DNA of 60,000 nucleotides, taken from contig NC_045696.1 of assembly GCF_009834535.1 (NCBI RefSeq), positions 112,098,001 to 112,158,000 on the forward strand, in the 5' to 3' direction. A program made the translations under genes and the position numbers. Positions 49,383-60,000 of this stretch are shown piece after piece; within the stretch, counting starts at the first letter, position 1, and the number at the start of each line of letters is the position of its first letter. The stretch is from Camelus ferus (Eukaryota). A model generated the notes under the pieces. It worked only from the letters and a program-made list of their open reading frames with translations. It ran no database searches and had not been told where the DNA came from.

Positions 49383-52205
49383 GGAGCTCCTACAGGACAC
49401 ACAGCTTGTTCCTCCGCAGGTGACTCTCATCCTCTCATCAGCCTCTGCCTGCTTTCCCGTCTCATCTCCAGGTGCTGGACGGGCTTTCCACACTCTCCCC
49501 AGGTACACCAGCCATGCTGGAGCCAAGTGGGATGACATATGTCTCCTAAAACTCAACCTCCTTTAAAGCTGCTCCTTTGGCCTGGCCTGTTCCTCTACCC
49601 TCTTCCCACCCTAGTTAAGCCAGAAAAACTCCTACTCATACTTCAAGGCCTTATTGATATTTCTCTGGTTTCTCCCTCCTGCTTAAGGCACTTCTGTGGG
49701 CACCTTTCTTCTTTATGGTACCGATTACACCCTTATGGAATTTCCACACCTTGGAGTACTTATCTTTATCTTAAGACTGGTTTTTATGCTATGGTATATA
49801 TATACATTTTTTACTTGATGTAAATAATTTTCCCTCTTTTGGTCTTTTGTAACGTACAGTTGTAAAAACATTGTTGGGATACTATTTGCTACTGTATTTT
49901 GAGGATTGACTTGTATTAATTAATTTTGATTACAAAGTACTTCATGAATACATTCTCACTTAAAAGGAACATTGTCAATAAAGCTACAGTGTCCCTTTGG
50001 CCTCTCCTTACAGTGGATATAGAGCAGAATTGCCTGAATGGTCACACATTTTTAATTTTAGCAAATATCGTCAAGCGTCCCTTCACCACAGGGTTGGAGT
50101 GAATGTGCCCACTTTATAGTTTTAACTGAGTTCTGGACAGAATGTCAGCATCGCGAGGACCAGCACAGTTTGTTCCTGCTTCCCTCCCGGCTCCCTAGGT
50201 TCGTGCCTCGATCACAGCGGGCATTCAATAAATATCTGTAGAATGGATGGCGACTTCCCTGTTTCAGTATAACGCAAGCCTCTCTGGGCAGAATTAGTGG
50301 CTAATTCCTCCTTGTATGGCTGATGCCTACAAGTGCCTCATACAAAACAAGTGTCCACAAGTTCTTATTTATTGATGAGTTAATGAAAACATATTCTCAG
50401 CCCTGTAACTCTGGATCTTGTTTTTTGGCTCTCTGAGGTTACCATCTAGGTGCTATGTGGCCAAAAATGTGACACTATGTTCTTGACCTACTCCCCTGTC
50501 CAACGGTAAACAACTACATTGGAGGTTTCACACATCCAGTATGTAAATACGTGATTCGGTGCTTTTTTTAAGAGCACAAAACTGTGATGTGGCTCGGCTT
50601 CCCTACCTGTAGTCCCACAACAGTGCACGTGGCATTCGATTCCACAGGGGGAATCATTCAAAAAGGTCCAGGTCATCTGTTACAGATTACCTAAGACAGG
50701 GATAGGAAGGGAGCAATGGACTTTACTGACAACCTGCATAACATTAGGCAGATTTAAAACGTAGGGAACACACCTGGAAATCTGCTTCCAATTAAAAAGA
50801 GATAATGAACTCATCCCTCAAGGCCAGTTCTGTTTGTCAGCAGCTCAGGCAACAGAATCAGTAATGGCTCGTGATGACGTGAGTTTTTAATGAAAACATA
50901 CTATTCCTTGTCAGTATATTGCCACCTCTTGCATGGGTGTGTAGATATGTTTTTGATCTTTCACTGTGAAAGAGAGAATGTGTGTGTATCTAAATAAAGT
51001 ATTACAATGAACGTCTTTGAACTTGTCTGCTTGTATATAAGTGCTGTGCATGTTAATATACATTCTAATTATGTCACATATGAATGATACTCAATTTTTT
51101 CCTCAAATAAGGTAGGACAGCTTATTTATTACCAACATTGTTGCCAAATGTACTGTTTAAAGAATTCTTTAGTCTCTCTAAAATGCAAGAGGAAAATTCT
51201 CAATGGCTAGTCTAGAAGTCCCCAGATCTTCACATTTCATAGAATGATTAAAAGAACAAACCAATAAACAAATTTGGGATCTGCTAGAGCTTGCCAACTT
51301 TTCATTTTTGCCAAGGAAGGATATTCAGAAAGAAAAACAACCATTATTTACTGCCATCACTGTTTCATAAAAGGAAAGATTTTTATGGCCCCCATGCCCC
51401 CTAAAAGGTCAGATTATTCTCAGAATAAAGGGAAGTCTTTTAGCTTGAAGAAATTAGATTTATAAAAAATTTAGGTTTACAAAAAGATGTTCTTATTTTT
51501 TTTGTTTCACAGAGGAGCACTGAAAACTTGACGGCCCATAAGCCCCAGTGCAGTCATTGGTGGTGGGGACCGCCTTTCCAGCCTGGCTACTTCGCTTCTC
51601 CCCTGATTCTTCTGGAATTCTCCTATGAAACCCAAGAGAGCCACAGTTTGGCTGGGCGTGGAGGTGGATGCAATTCCACCAGCACTGACTGAGGGCCTAC
51701 TGTGCGCTCAGCCCTGAGGGAGGTGCTTCGCCCAAGGATACAGCAGCAGAGGTGCTGTCCTGTAGGTTGACATGCATTCATTCCTCGGCTCCCCTTTGCC
51801 ATTTCAAGGGGAGGAGTTCCTGGTAAAAGCGAGAACATGGGAAAAAGTCCTTATGACAGAGTGTGACGGATGCCATTAGGCTGGGTGTCAGAGGAGATCC
51901 CTCACCTGCTACCAAAGCTTGGAACTTTCTGCTGAAATAATGCTTTCTGCCAGTGTTGAAAATCCAATGTTCAAGAAAATGTTAATAAGCACGTCTGGTT
52001 TTTGCTTTTCCTGTTGATTACTCCAGCTTGAGGAGATGCTGGAGCCTTTTTAGAACACTGGTTTCACGTGTAGACGGACGGGAAGGTAGTGATGGAGCAC
52101 GAAGCCTCTCGGCTGGCATAAAGAGGGTTCGAGACAGACTGCATGTATTTAAGGGTCAGCTTTTCCTTCCTCTCTCTCCCTCCACGTTTTAAAAATGACA
52201 TTCTA

Positions 52206-52301
52206 GGGAGGTGGGTACAGCTCAGTGGTAGAGTGCATGCACTAGGTCCTGGTTTCAATTCCCAGTTCCTCCATTAAAAATAAAAAAAAAATGAAATAAA
52301 G
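52206..52301 (+). mobile_element. Camelid tRNA-derived SINE (Vic-1 type) with internal deletion
   Basis: GGGTACAGCTCAGTGGTAGAGTGCATGCAC...GGTCCTGGTTTCAATTCCCAG, A tail and perfect TSD AAAATGACATTCTA (52192-52205 / 52302-52315) at a TTTT/AAAA site. Confidence 0.9.
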
Positions 52302-52964
52302 AAAATGACATTCTATCTGTTCTGCTGTGGAAAACCAAAAAATAGCTAAGTTTGGGACTAACTATGTTCACCACTCTGGGAATAATCTGCTTCTCACATG
52401 AGGTAAAGGAAGTCCCCTGAACTAGTCCACATTCAAGGATAATATTGAGGAAATGCTCTCACCCAAGGCATTTGCAATAGTGGATTTGTTGTTTCTGTTC
52501 CACGGAGAGTTCCTTTGCATTCACAGACACCTAACGCATGTAGACAACATAATAACTCTTAATATAGATGGATAAGGATGCGTCCCCCTCACCAAGGTAA
52601 ACTTCTGAAGTGGTTAACAGGTGTTAGGAACCATGAGCCATAAGTGATTTGCTTGTGCCCTGTGAATTATTTCATTTCTATTTCATTGTCCAGCTCATGC
52701 CCACCCCGACTCCATTTTCAAAGGTCTGATTCCATCAGCTTCCTAGGAATCTGCATGCTTTCTGCATAGACCCTACAGCTCCTCCAAATGTAGGTTGTTT
52801 CTGTTAACCTGACCATTTGTTTCACACGATCAGAACTGAGTTGCCTTTTTGTACAGGCCCTGACCACACGGTCATGCTAGCTTGTGTCTCACATCTATAG
52901 GGAAAAAGTCGGTGGTACGTAATCTGTCCTGTGGTTTCCACAGGACGCCTACATTTCTCAGAGT

Positions 52965-53481
52965 GCAGTGTTTCAAAGCAATGGGCGCACCTTCTTTGAC
53001 ACTTTCCCAGGAAGAGGTGGTTCTCAGTCCCCTCCCCTTGAGTGGAGGCACCATGTGATCAGGGCCGTGTGGCAGAGGTGTGGCTGTGTGATTTCCAAGG
53101 TGTGTCACACAAAGCTATGCTGCTTCCACTTTGCTCAGTTTTACTGGAGCTGCCACATCACAGATTTGAGTGCCCTGAGGCCCCCATGCTGTGGGAAAAG
53201 CCCAAATCTCACAGAAAGTGAGGCACTTTAGGCCACAACCTGGGCCAAGGTGTCACACGTGTAACTGTGTAATCTTCCATGTGGTTTCAGTCTCCAGTCT
53301 TCAAGCAACTCTTGGTCTTCCGGCATTTTCTTGCAATATGCTAGTCATTGTGGAGCAGAGGTGAGCCATTTCTGCTGTGCCCTGTTCATTCTCTTAACTC
53401 AGAGTCTGGGAGCAGAATAAAGGATGCTTTCTACCACTAAGTTGTGTGCTGGTTTGTTACACAGCAGTTGTAATTAAAACA
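52965..53481 (+). mobile_element. MLT1F/G/H-like MaLR LTR
   Basis: CCCCTCCCCTTGA...GGCAGAGGTG...CCATGCTGTG.GAAAAGCCCA...GCTGTGCCCTG...CCACTAAGTT...GGTTTGTTACACAGCA. Confidence 0.75.
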
Positions 53482-53888
53482 TAAACGTATTTTCAGTTTG
53501 AATGAATAGAAAACATGAATGACTAATTCCCCTCTTTAAGGCAGAGAGGACGTTCTGGTCAAGGAACTAGGAGCCCAGATGGTCTCATTTTATTTATTTT
53601 CCACATTCAGAGTGTTTTTAGGGCCTTTGAGTGTTGAGAAACTTCGAGATAGCCCCCAAACAGCAATCAAAACAAAGCATGGGATGGACACTATCAGATT
53701 GAAAACAGTTCTCACTGAATCAGATGACAGCAATAATAATCAAACACTAGGAGAATGATACAACTGAGACATAGTCCCAGGAGTGTGATGTAAACTGCTA
53801 AACTAAAGTAGTTTTAATAGGGACATGGAGGCATTTTAATTGCCATAATGAAGAAGTACTTATCTAGACCTTTTACAATAGGAGGGAT

Positions 53889-53980
53889 GGGGGGGAGGGT
53901 ATAGTGCAGTGGTAGAGCACGTGCTTAGCATGCACGAGGTCCTGGGTTCAATCCCCAGTCCCTCTTTAAAAAACAAAAAA
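53889..53980 (+). mobile_element. Camelid tRNA-Ala-derived SINE (Vic-1 type)
   Basis: GGGGAGGGTATAGTGCAGTGGTAGAGCACGTGCTTAGCATGCACGAGGTCCTGGGTTCAATCCCCAG followed by a short A tail. Confidence 0.88.
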
Positions 53981-54337
53981 GCAGTAACTGTAACAGGATG
54001 GAGCTTGTAGAAGTCTTTTGAAGATACTCTTATTTTCACTTGTTTAAAGGCAAATGGAGACAGAAGTACATTGTGCATAGTTTCATGAGGAACTGGAGGT
54101 GAACATAAGGCAGAATCACCAGGTGTGGCTCCTTCTGGCTCCCTGTCATCTTCCTCATCAATAGAAATGACCCTTACTCTGCAGCTTCAGACCCTGTGCA
54201 ATACAGCCTGTCCTGATTTCCCATTACTCTGCTACCTTATTACACACTCAAGACAAATGGTTTCTGGTGAGCCTCTAACCCAAGCCACACATTCCTGCCT
54301 CTGAGACTTTGTCTATGGCATTCTTTCTGCCTTGGAC

Positions 54338-54511
54338 ACAGCTCCTTAATCTTGGACTCTTGGATGAGTCTCAGAATGAGTGTGAGCCTCCTGGAAGTGA
54401 ATGCAAAACTTTGTGCAAATGTGCATATGCACATCATTCTGGGAAGGAGGTACCTAGGATTCACCAGACTTACAGAGGGGGCTGTGATTCCAGGTCATTT
54501 AAAAATGACTC
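54338..54511. mobile_element. hAT-Charlie MITE (MER103/MER117-like)
   Basis: CTTAATCTTGG...GGATG...ATGCAAAACTTTGTG...ATGTGCAT...TTCTGGG...TTCACCAGA...GTGA...TTAAAAA. Family assignment is tentative. Confidence 0.55.
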
Positions 54512-54554
54512 ACTCTCTCCTTTTTCTCAGAATAACCCTAATTTCCCTATGAGT

Positions 54555-55580
54555 CCGCTTATTCTTTTATTGACAAACGTTTACTGAGTGCCCACTTGCT
54601 GCCAGGCTGTGTTTCAGGCACGTGGGATACAGCAGTGAGCAAAACCAACAGAGCACCTACCCTCCTGGAACTTCCTGAAACTGTAATATTCCAGCAGAAG
54701 GATATAGAAAATGAATCGTATAATAAACAAAAACTGGATGTATGAATTACATAGTATGCTAAAAGATACCTTCAATGGAGGAAATAGAGACTACAAGGAG
54801 ACTTAAGAAGCATTGGTGGGGAGAAATTCAATTTTAAATAAAATGATCATATAGGTCTTATCAGGAAGATGATATTTGAGTGAAGAGTTGAAGATGGTTA
54901 AGGAGTGAGCTCTAGGGGTATCTGAGAGAAAAGTGTTCCAGATTGGGGGGAAGCCAGTGCAAAGGCCCTGAGGTGGGAGTCTGCCTTGCATGAAAGAGGA
55001 ACAGCAAAGGGGGCAATATGGCTGAAGGAAAGTTGGGCAAGGAGTCAGTAGTAGGAGATGAGGCTGAGAGGCTTTGCCAATCAGATGGGACTTTGAGAGA
55101 CATAGGAGCCTTGGAGAATCCTGAGAAATGAATGATGGGTCTGATCTGTGTTGTGCTGAGAAGAAGCCATAAGGTGTGGGAAGGATGGAGGCAAGACAAC
55201 AGCTGATAGGCTACATTAACCATCTCAGGGACAAACAGTGGGGGAGCAGCAATAGGAGCAGAGAAGGCATCTGATTCTGGATGTTTCTAAGGCAGAGTTG
55301 ATAGGATTTCCTCACAGATCAGATTTGGTGAGAGAGAGAAAGAAAGCAGACAAAGATGATGCCAAGATCTATGACCTGAACAACTGAAAAGGTGGTTCCA
55401 TCAACCAAGGTGAAGCCTGCAGGGGTGTAGGTGTTGGGGGCAAGCTGGGAATTCAGCCTTGGGTATGCTGATTTGGATCTCCAAGTGGAGCTGTTCATTT
55501 CGCAGCTGAATGAGTCAGGAGTTCCAGGGAGAGGTTCAGCTGGGGATAAACATTTGAGAGCCACCAATTACAGATGTTGA
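54555..55580 (-). mobile_element. Long L2 remnant
   Basis: ACAAACGTTTACTGAGTGCCCAC..GCCAGGC at the 3' end, GTGCAAAGGCCCTGAGGTGGGAG and CAAAGATGATGCCAAG...CCTGAACAACTG. Confidence 0.85.
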
Positions 55581-55974
55581 GGAGAGCCAGCACCAGCACC
55601 AACAGCCGTCATCCCTTCTCTGGTCCCCCAGAACATTCTGCTGTACTTCCCTAGTGAATATTTTTACATTTTTCATTCTATTATAGTTTTCTACACACTT
55701 TCCTCATTCTGTTTACTAGACAATCAAGTTGTCCAGTTGTATCCTATCCAACTTTATATCTCCTGTTTTGCCTTCAAAAAACACTGGTTTATGTTCCTCT
55801 TCATTGGGCTTTCATATGTCAGTTGCCAAGACCCGTAGACAGATTGAACGTGGTAATTTTGATTTTTTCCTTCTTACTCATCGTGTGTCATCAAATCGAG
55901 GCTCCATTTTCATTTTCTCTTTACTGTAAATCATTGTCAAACCAATTTTCTCTTTATAATAGATTACTTTTAAA

Positions 55975-56905
55975 ACAGGCACATGAAAAGATGTTCAGCA
56001 TCACTAATCATCAGGGACACGCAAATCAAAACCACAATAAGATATCACCTCACATCTGTCAGAAAGGCTATCATTAAAAAGATCACAAATAACAAGTGTT
56101 GGTGAGGATGTGGGGAAAAGGGAACCTTTATACACTGTTGGTGGGAATTGTAAATTGGTGCAGCCACTAGGGAAAACAGTATGGCGGTTCCTCCAAATAA
56201 AACTAGAACTACCATATGACTCAGCAATTCCACTCTTGGGTATTTACCCAAAGAAAGCAAAACCACCAGTTTGAAAAGATATAGCCCTATATTTATGGCA
56301 GCATCATTTACAATAACCAAGATACAGAAGCAGCCTAAGTGCCCACCGATGGAGGAATGGATGAAGAAGATGAGGTACACAGATACAGTGGAACACCACT
56401 CAGCTATAAGAAAGAATGAAATATTTTTCCATTTGCAACATGGACAGACCTTGAGGGAATTATGCTAAGTGAAATAAGCTGGAAAAAGACAAGTATCGTA
56501 TAAGTTCACTTACAGGTGGAATCTAAGAAACGTATCTAAAAAAATGAACAAACTAAACAAAACAAAAGTCAGAGACAGAAAGAACAGAACGGTGCTTGCC
56601 AGAGGGGAAGAGGGTTGGGAACTGCGCGGAATAGGTAAAGGGGACAAGAGGTACAAACTTATGTTTACAAAATAAAAGCATCATGGGGATGAAACTTGGT
56701 GACTGTAGTCAACAGTATTGCAGTGTGTACTTGAAAGCTGCCGAGAGAGTAAATCCCAAAGGTTAATTTACCTGGTGACAGATGGTAATTAGACTTATTG
56801 TGGTGATCATTTCACAAAGTATACCAATATAGGATCCTTATGTTATACACCTGAAACCAATATAATGTTGTATGTCAACTGTACCTCAATAAAAATGAAA
56901 AAAAA
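55975..56905 (+). mobile_element. 5'-truncated L1 (L1MA9-like) ORF2 end + 3' UTR
   Basis: CACATGAAAAGATGTTCAGCATCACTAATCATCAGGG..., ORF 56271-56468 resembling the ORF2 C-terminus, ending ACACCTGAAACCAATATAATGTTGTATGTCAAC...CAATAAAA plus poly(A). Confidence 0.9.
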
Positions 56906-58129
56906 AACCTGTGAATATTTATTGTAAATGCAACAGAAAAAATGTCAGAAGACAAAATGTAAACTTTAAAAAATTCTCCTCTTATAGTTTCCCTGAAAAT
57001 TAGCTTTTGTACTGTGCTGTCATGCTGAGTGCAATTAGTCAGCTCTGTGGGTCTCAAGTTTCTCATCCAAAAGATAAAGAAACTGGGTTGGATAATTCTA
57101 AAATTCTTTAAATACTTCTTTTTGAACAACTCAGAATGGCGTTGTTAAGTCACTAAGACTTCTGGAGATACATCATTTACTCTGCATAAAACTATATGTG
57201 ATCAGAATAAATATTAGTGAGAAATACATCTTGTAGTCAGTGATCTTTACCACAACTCTTTTCTATTAACTTGCACATAGAGACTATTTTTTAAAATAAA
57301 AGGAAATTTCAACGAATGATATTGACCATTTTCTATGTGAGAATTGATTAAAAAGTGTTTCCTAAGTTCCTGTTTACCATTTTTCCTAATTAATAATAAC
57401 TACGTCTATTAAAGACGTGCTCCATAAAAATAAGAGACCTAATCACAAGGTAAACAAAATTATTCTGTGTCCTCGTGTATTTCATGAGACTAAGATACAA
57501 TTTGCATGACTAAATTGAATTTGTGACTCTTACATTAGAACTATTTTAGCTAATTATGAGGTTGAAAAGTACTGTGTTCACAATGTCCTGCTTTCTTTTT
57601 TGTTCAAGTCTCCTAACACGGAGTTATTTTTAATCATGAACATGATGGCAACTTAATGGCTCTTCTCAAAACTGATTTGGGGACACTGCCTGTGGAATAA
57701 TGATAATTACAATAAAAAGGTCGGATCAGGCTCAGTGTTTGGGAATGGAAGCTGACCACAGGTGGAGAGAAGGGACAAAAAACAAACAAAAATCCCTCCA
57801 GCCAAAGAAACTCCTGTCAAGAAGAGGCTAAGTGGCTTTGATTGAACTGACTCATTGTGTGACAAAGGGGTTAAAACACAGGGCTTCCATTAGATTATCT
57901 CTGATCTGAAAGCCCTTGGAACAAGGGGAGGCCAGCCAAGGAAAACCTTGCCCTCCGAGGAGATGGATGGAAAAGATTTTAAAACCCAAAACCAAAAAGC
58001 AAAACAGTAAAAGACCACCACCACCAACTACCCCAGTGGTGGTAATTGGCTTCTCGGCTTGATCCAGGTTGGATGGTTCCATACAAATGCCAGTATTACC
58101 CTCCGTAATCAGGTTGACTTTAAAAACAT

Positions 58130-58345
58130 GTATGTAGCCATTTGTACATGTCAGGCAGTCTTCCAAGAGCTTTACAAATATTTAGTTTTCCTGTAAGCCC
58201 TGCAAGGTAAGCCGTGGTAGTATCTCTGTTCTCTAGGTGAAAACAGCAGACACAGAGTCCTGTGATTTGCCCAAAGTTGGTAACTCATAAGTGGCAGAGC
58301 TGGGAGTCAAACCCAGACATTCTGAATCCAGAGTGTGCTCACGGT
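58130..58345 (-). mobile_element. MIR
   Basis: GTGATTTGCCCAAAGT...TAAGTGGCAGAGCTGGGAGTCAAACCCAG...TCCAGAG. Confidence 0.8.
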
Positions 58346-58955
58346 CAGTGTGCTGTGCTGGAAGGAAGTGGCAAGACGACACTGCAGATGAATTTGTGTG
58401 ATCCCAAACTCCGACTTTTTCCACTTCATGAATCTCTAGGGAGCATCCTTCATCCTGCAACAGCTGAGGAGCAGCAAAGCACAGGTTGTTTTTTCAGTAT
58501 TAGCACCTCCACGTTCCCTAAGTGTGTACAACTCTGTCACCAGTAAATCAAACCCAGCAATGGCAAAACAAAACACCTTGGCCATTTAACTTGGAATAGG
58601 CAACTGAGATGCGTGGTTTAGTTTACACTGAGTGGCTGAAACGCAGGTATTGAAGTAAGACCAGCGAGTTCACCTTCCAGGTCTACACCACATGATGAGG
58701 ATTGATAATCTGGTCTGCCTGTACCATGGGAAGGTTATGCATGGCTTACGATGGTTCCTTTTCTCCTTCGTACAGAATGACATAAAATAAAATAAATTAG
58801 TAGCTTACACTTCTGGGTCCAAGGGATGTTGATACAAAATTTTAGAAATGAGAAGAATGGACCACCCCCAAGAGGAAATTGCAGAGGAGAAACATACTAT
58901 GGGGGTCCACATGATCATAACCTGACTTAGCATCCTTTAAAACCAGTCTCCTCAA

Positions 58956-59045
58956 GGATTTTCCTGATTACTGTCTTCAGAAGCATGAAAAAGTTACACG
59001 GGATTTTCCTGATTATTGACTGCAAAAGCATGAGAAAGTTCCATG
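58956..59045 (+). repeat. Two-copy 45-bp tandem duplication
   Basis: GGATTTTCCTGATTACTGTCTTCAGAAGCATGAAAAAGTTACACG / GGATTTTCCTGATTATTGACTGCAAAAGCATGAGAAAGTTCCATG, 38/45 identical. Confidence 0.9.
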
Positions 59046-60000
59046 AGTCACAGGATAGACTTGTCTAATTTGAAGTCTACTGCCAGGCAGTTTGGAGGGT
59101 TGCATTTTTATTCCCACTACAGAGCTGTTCTGGGAAAAGTTAAATATGTTAGTCATAAGAAATCACATACTTGAAATGGGCTAGAATCTTCCAATCAACT
59201 GTTCTTCACCAGTTTTGTTTTGTTTTTTTGTTTTTTGGTGGTGGAAGTGGGAAGGAACATGGCTCCCTCTGAGAATATCTGAGCATCCGAGGGAAGCTGG
59301 GGAGTATGGACGTATCCCCCAGAAAAACGTATGGGCGTGTAGTCATGATATACTGCATTTTATTTCATGGGTTCCCAAGCCTCTTAACCCCCTGTCCTCA
59401 GCAATCCTGTTATGTATCCAAGTCTTAATGGGATTCCACAGACAGCTTAAGATGATGGAACAGAACTGCCTGAGGGCTGGTCTTACTGTTGAACTGGGTC
59501 AAGCCAACGTGCTTAACTCTAGCGACTGTCTGCTCGCCCCAGAGCCACCTGGGATGCAATGTCCGAAAACAGCCAGCTGAGGTTAAGAGCTATCAGAGAG
59601 GTGAGGAATAATCTGAATGTTGGTTTCAATTACTTTTTTTTTTCCCCACAAATACTACTGAATCTACTTGGGGTAATACCAAAAAATAAATAAATAAATA
59701 AATCTCAGCAGTACTTTTTCTCCAAAGGATATCAATCTTACAGTTAAGTTGAATGAGTTAAGAGGAAACCAGTTTCCAGTGAAAACTAACTGGAATCAGA
59801 TTAAAAAAAAAAAAAAAAAAAAGAACTTCACAGGAATCCCCTCTGATCCGGCCAAGCACAGGAAGCAAATTTAAATTGTCCAGGATAGCATTTCATCATC
59901 CAGTCACTCATTCATGATTTATTTGTAAATTAACTTGAGCATGTTTCCGTTGAGACTCTACTGTGTGGTAGATTCTATGGTCTGGTAATATTCCACTGAT

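Larger units (their letters stand above)
561..60000 (-). other. RARB: Upstream region of RARB P2, expected to be intronic for P1-driven (RAR-beta1-type) transcripts
   Basis: Follows from the known two-promoter architecture of RARB, with P1 far upstream of P2. No RAR-beta1 N-terminal coding exon or other CDS is recognisable in the ORF track. Confidence 0.6.

Noticed and set aside
53889..53965. Possible tRNA-Ala(AGC) gene
   Set aside because: It has a GGGGAGGG 5' extension, a disrupted acceptor stem and A box, an A-rich tail and sibling copies with TSDs, so it is a SINE rather than a tRNA gene.
561..60000. Search for RAR-beta1/beta3-specific coding exons
   Set aside because: No translation resembling the RAR-beta1 N-terminus or the mouse beta3 insert was found by eye or in the ORF track. 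Short exons could be missed, and tBLASTn would settle it.
1..60000. CRISPR arrays, operons or other prokaryotic systems
   Set aside because: The sequence is clearly mammalian, and there are no regularly spaced repeat-spacer arrays or gene-dense ORF structure.

Overview
Non-coding mammalian genomic DNA, very probably camelid (Camelus/Vicugna), judged from tRNA-Ala-derived Vic-1-type SINEs and cetartiodactyl-type L1 3' ends, with no ruminant or pig SINEs recognised. The left edge is the retinoic acid receptor beta (RARB) P2 (RAR-beta2) promoter, transcribed on the minus strand. It has the canonical DR5 beta-RARE GGTTCA-CCGAA-AGTTCA next to a TATA box, a second DR5, a CRE-like site/DR8, a very GC-rich CpG island and the first ~60 nt of the 5' UTR. 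The remaining ~59 kb is upstream sequence, expected to lie inside the large intron of the P1-driven RARB isoforms. I find no credible protein-coding exon: the ORF track is chance ORFs and L1 remnants. The region is a mosaic of old (MIR, L2, L1M, MLT1, LTR33, hAT MITEs) and younger (L1, SINE, ERV1 solo LTR) elements, separated by repeat-free, homeodomain/TALE-motif-rich blocks that are candidate RARB enhancers. I see no convincing new biological system. The best leads are an apparent AT-to-GC substitution burst beside the promoter, a Pbx/Hox/Meis block ~32 kb upstream with an adjacent solo LTR, a duplication-associated NF-kB/AP-1/STAT cluster, an L1 with a likely 3' transduction and a 38-bp templated doublet. 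Repeat subfamily names and most boundaries are by eye and approximate.
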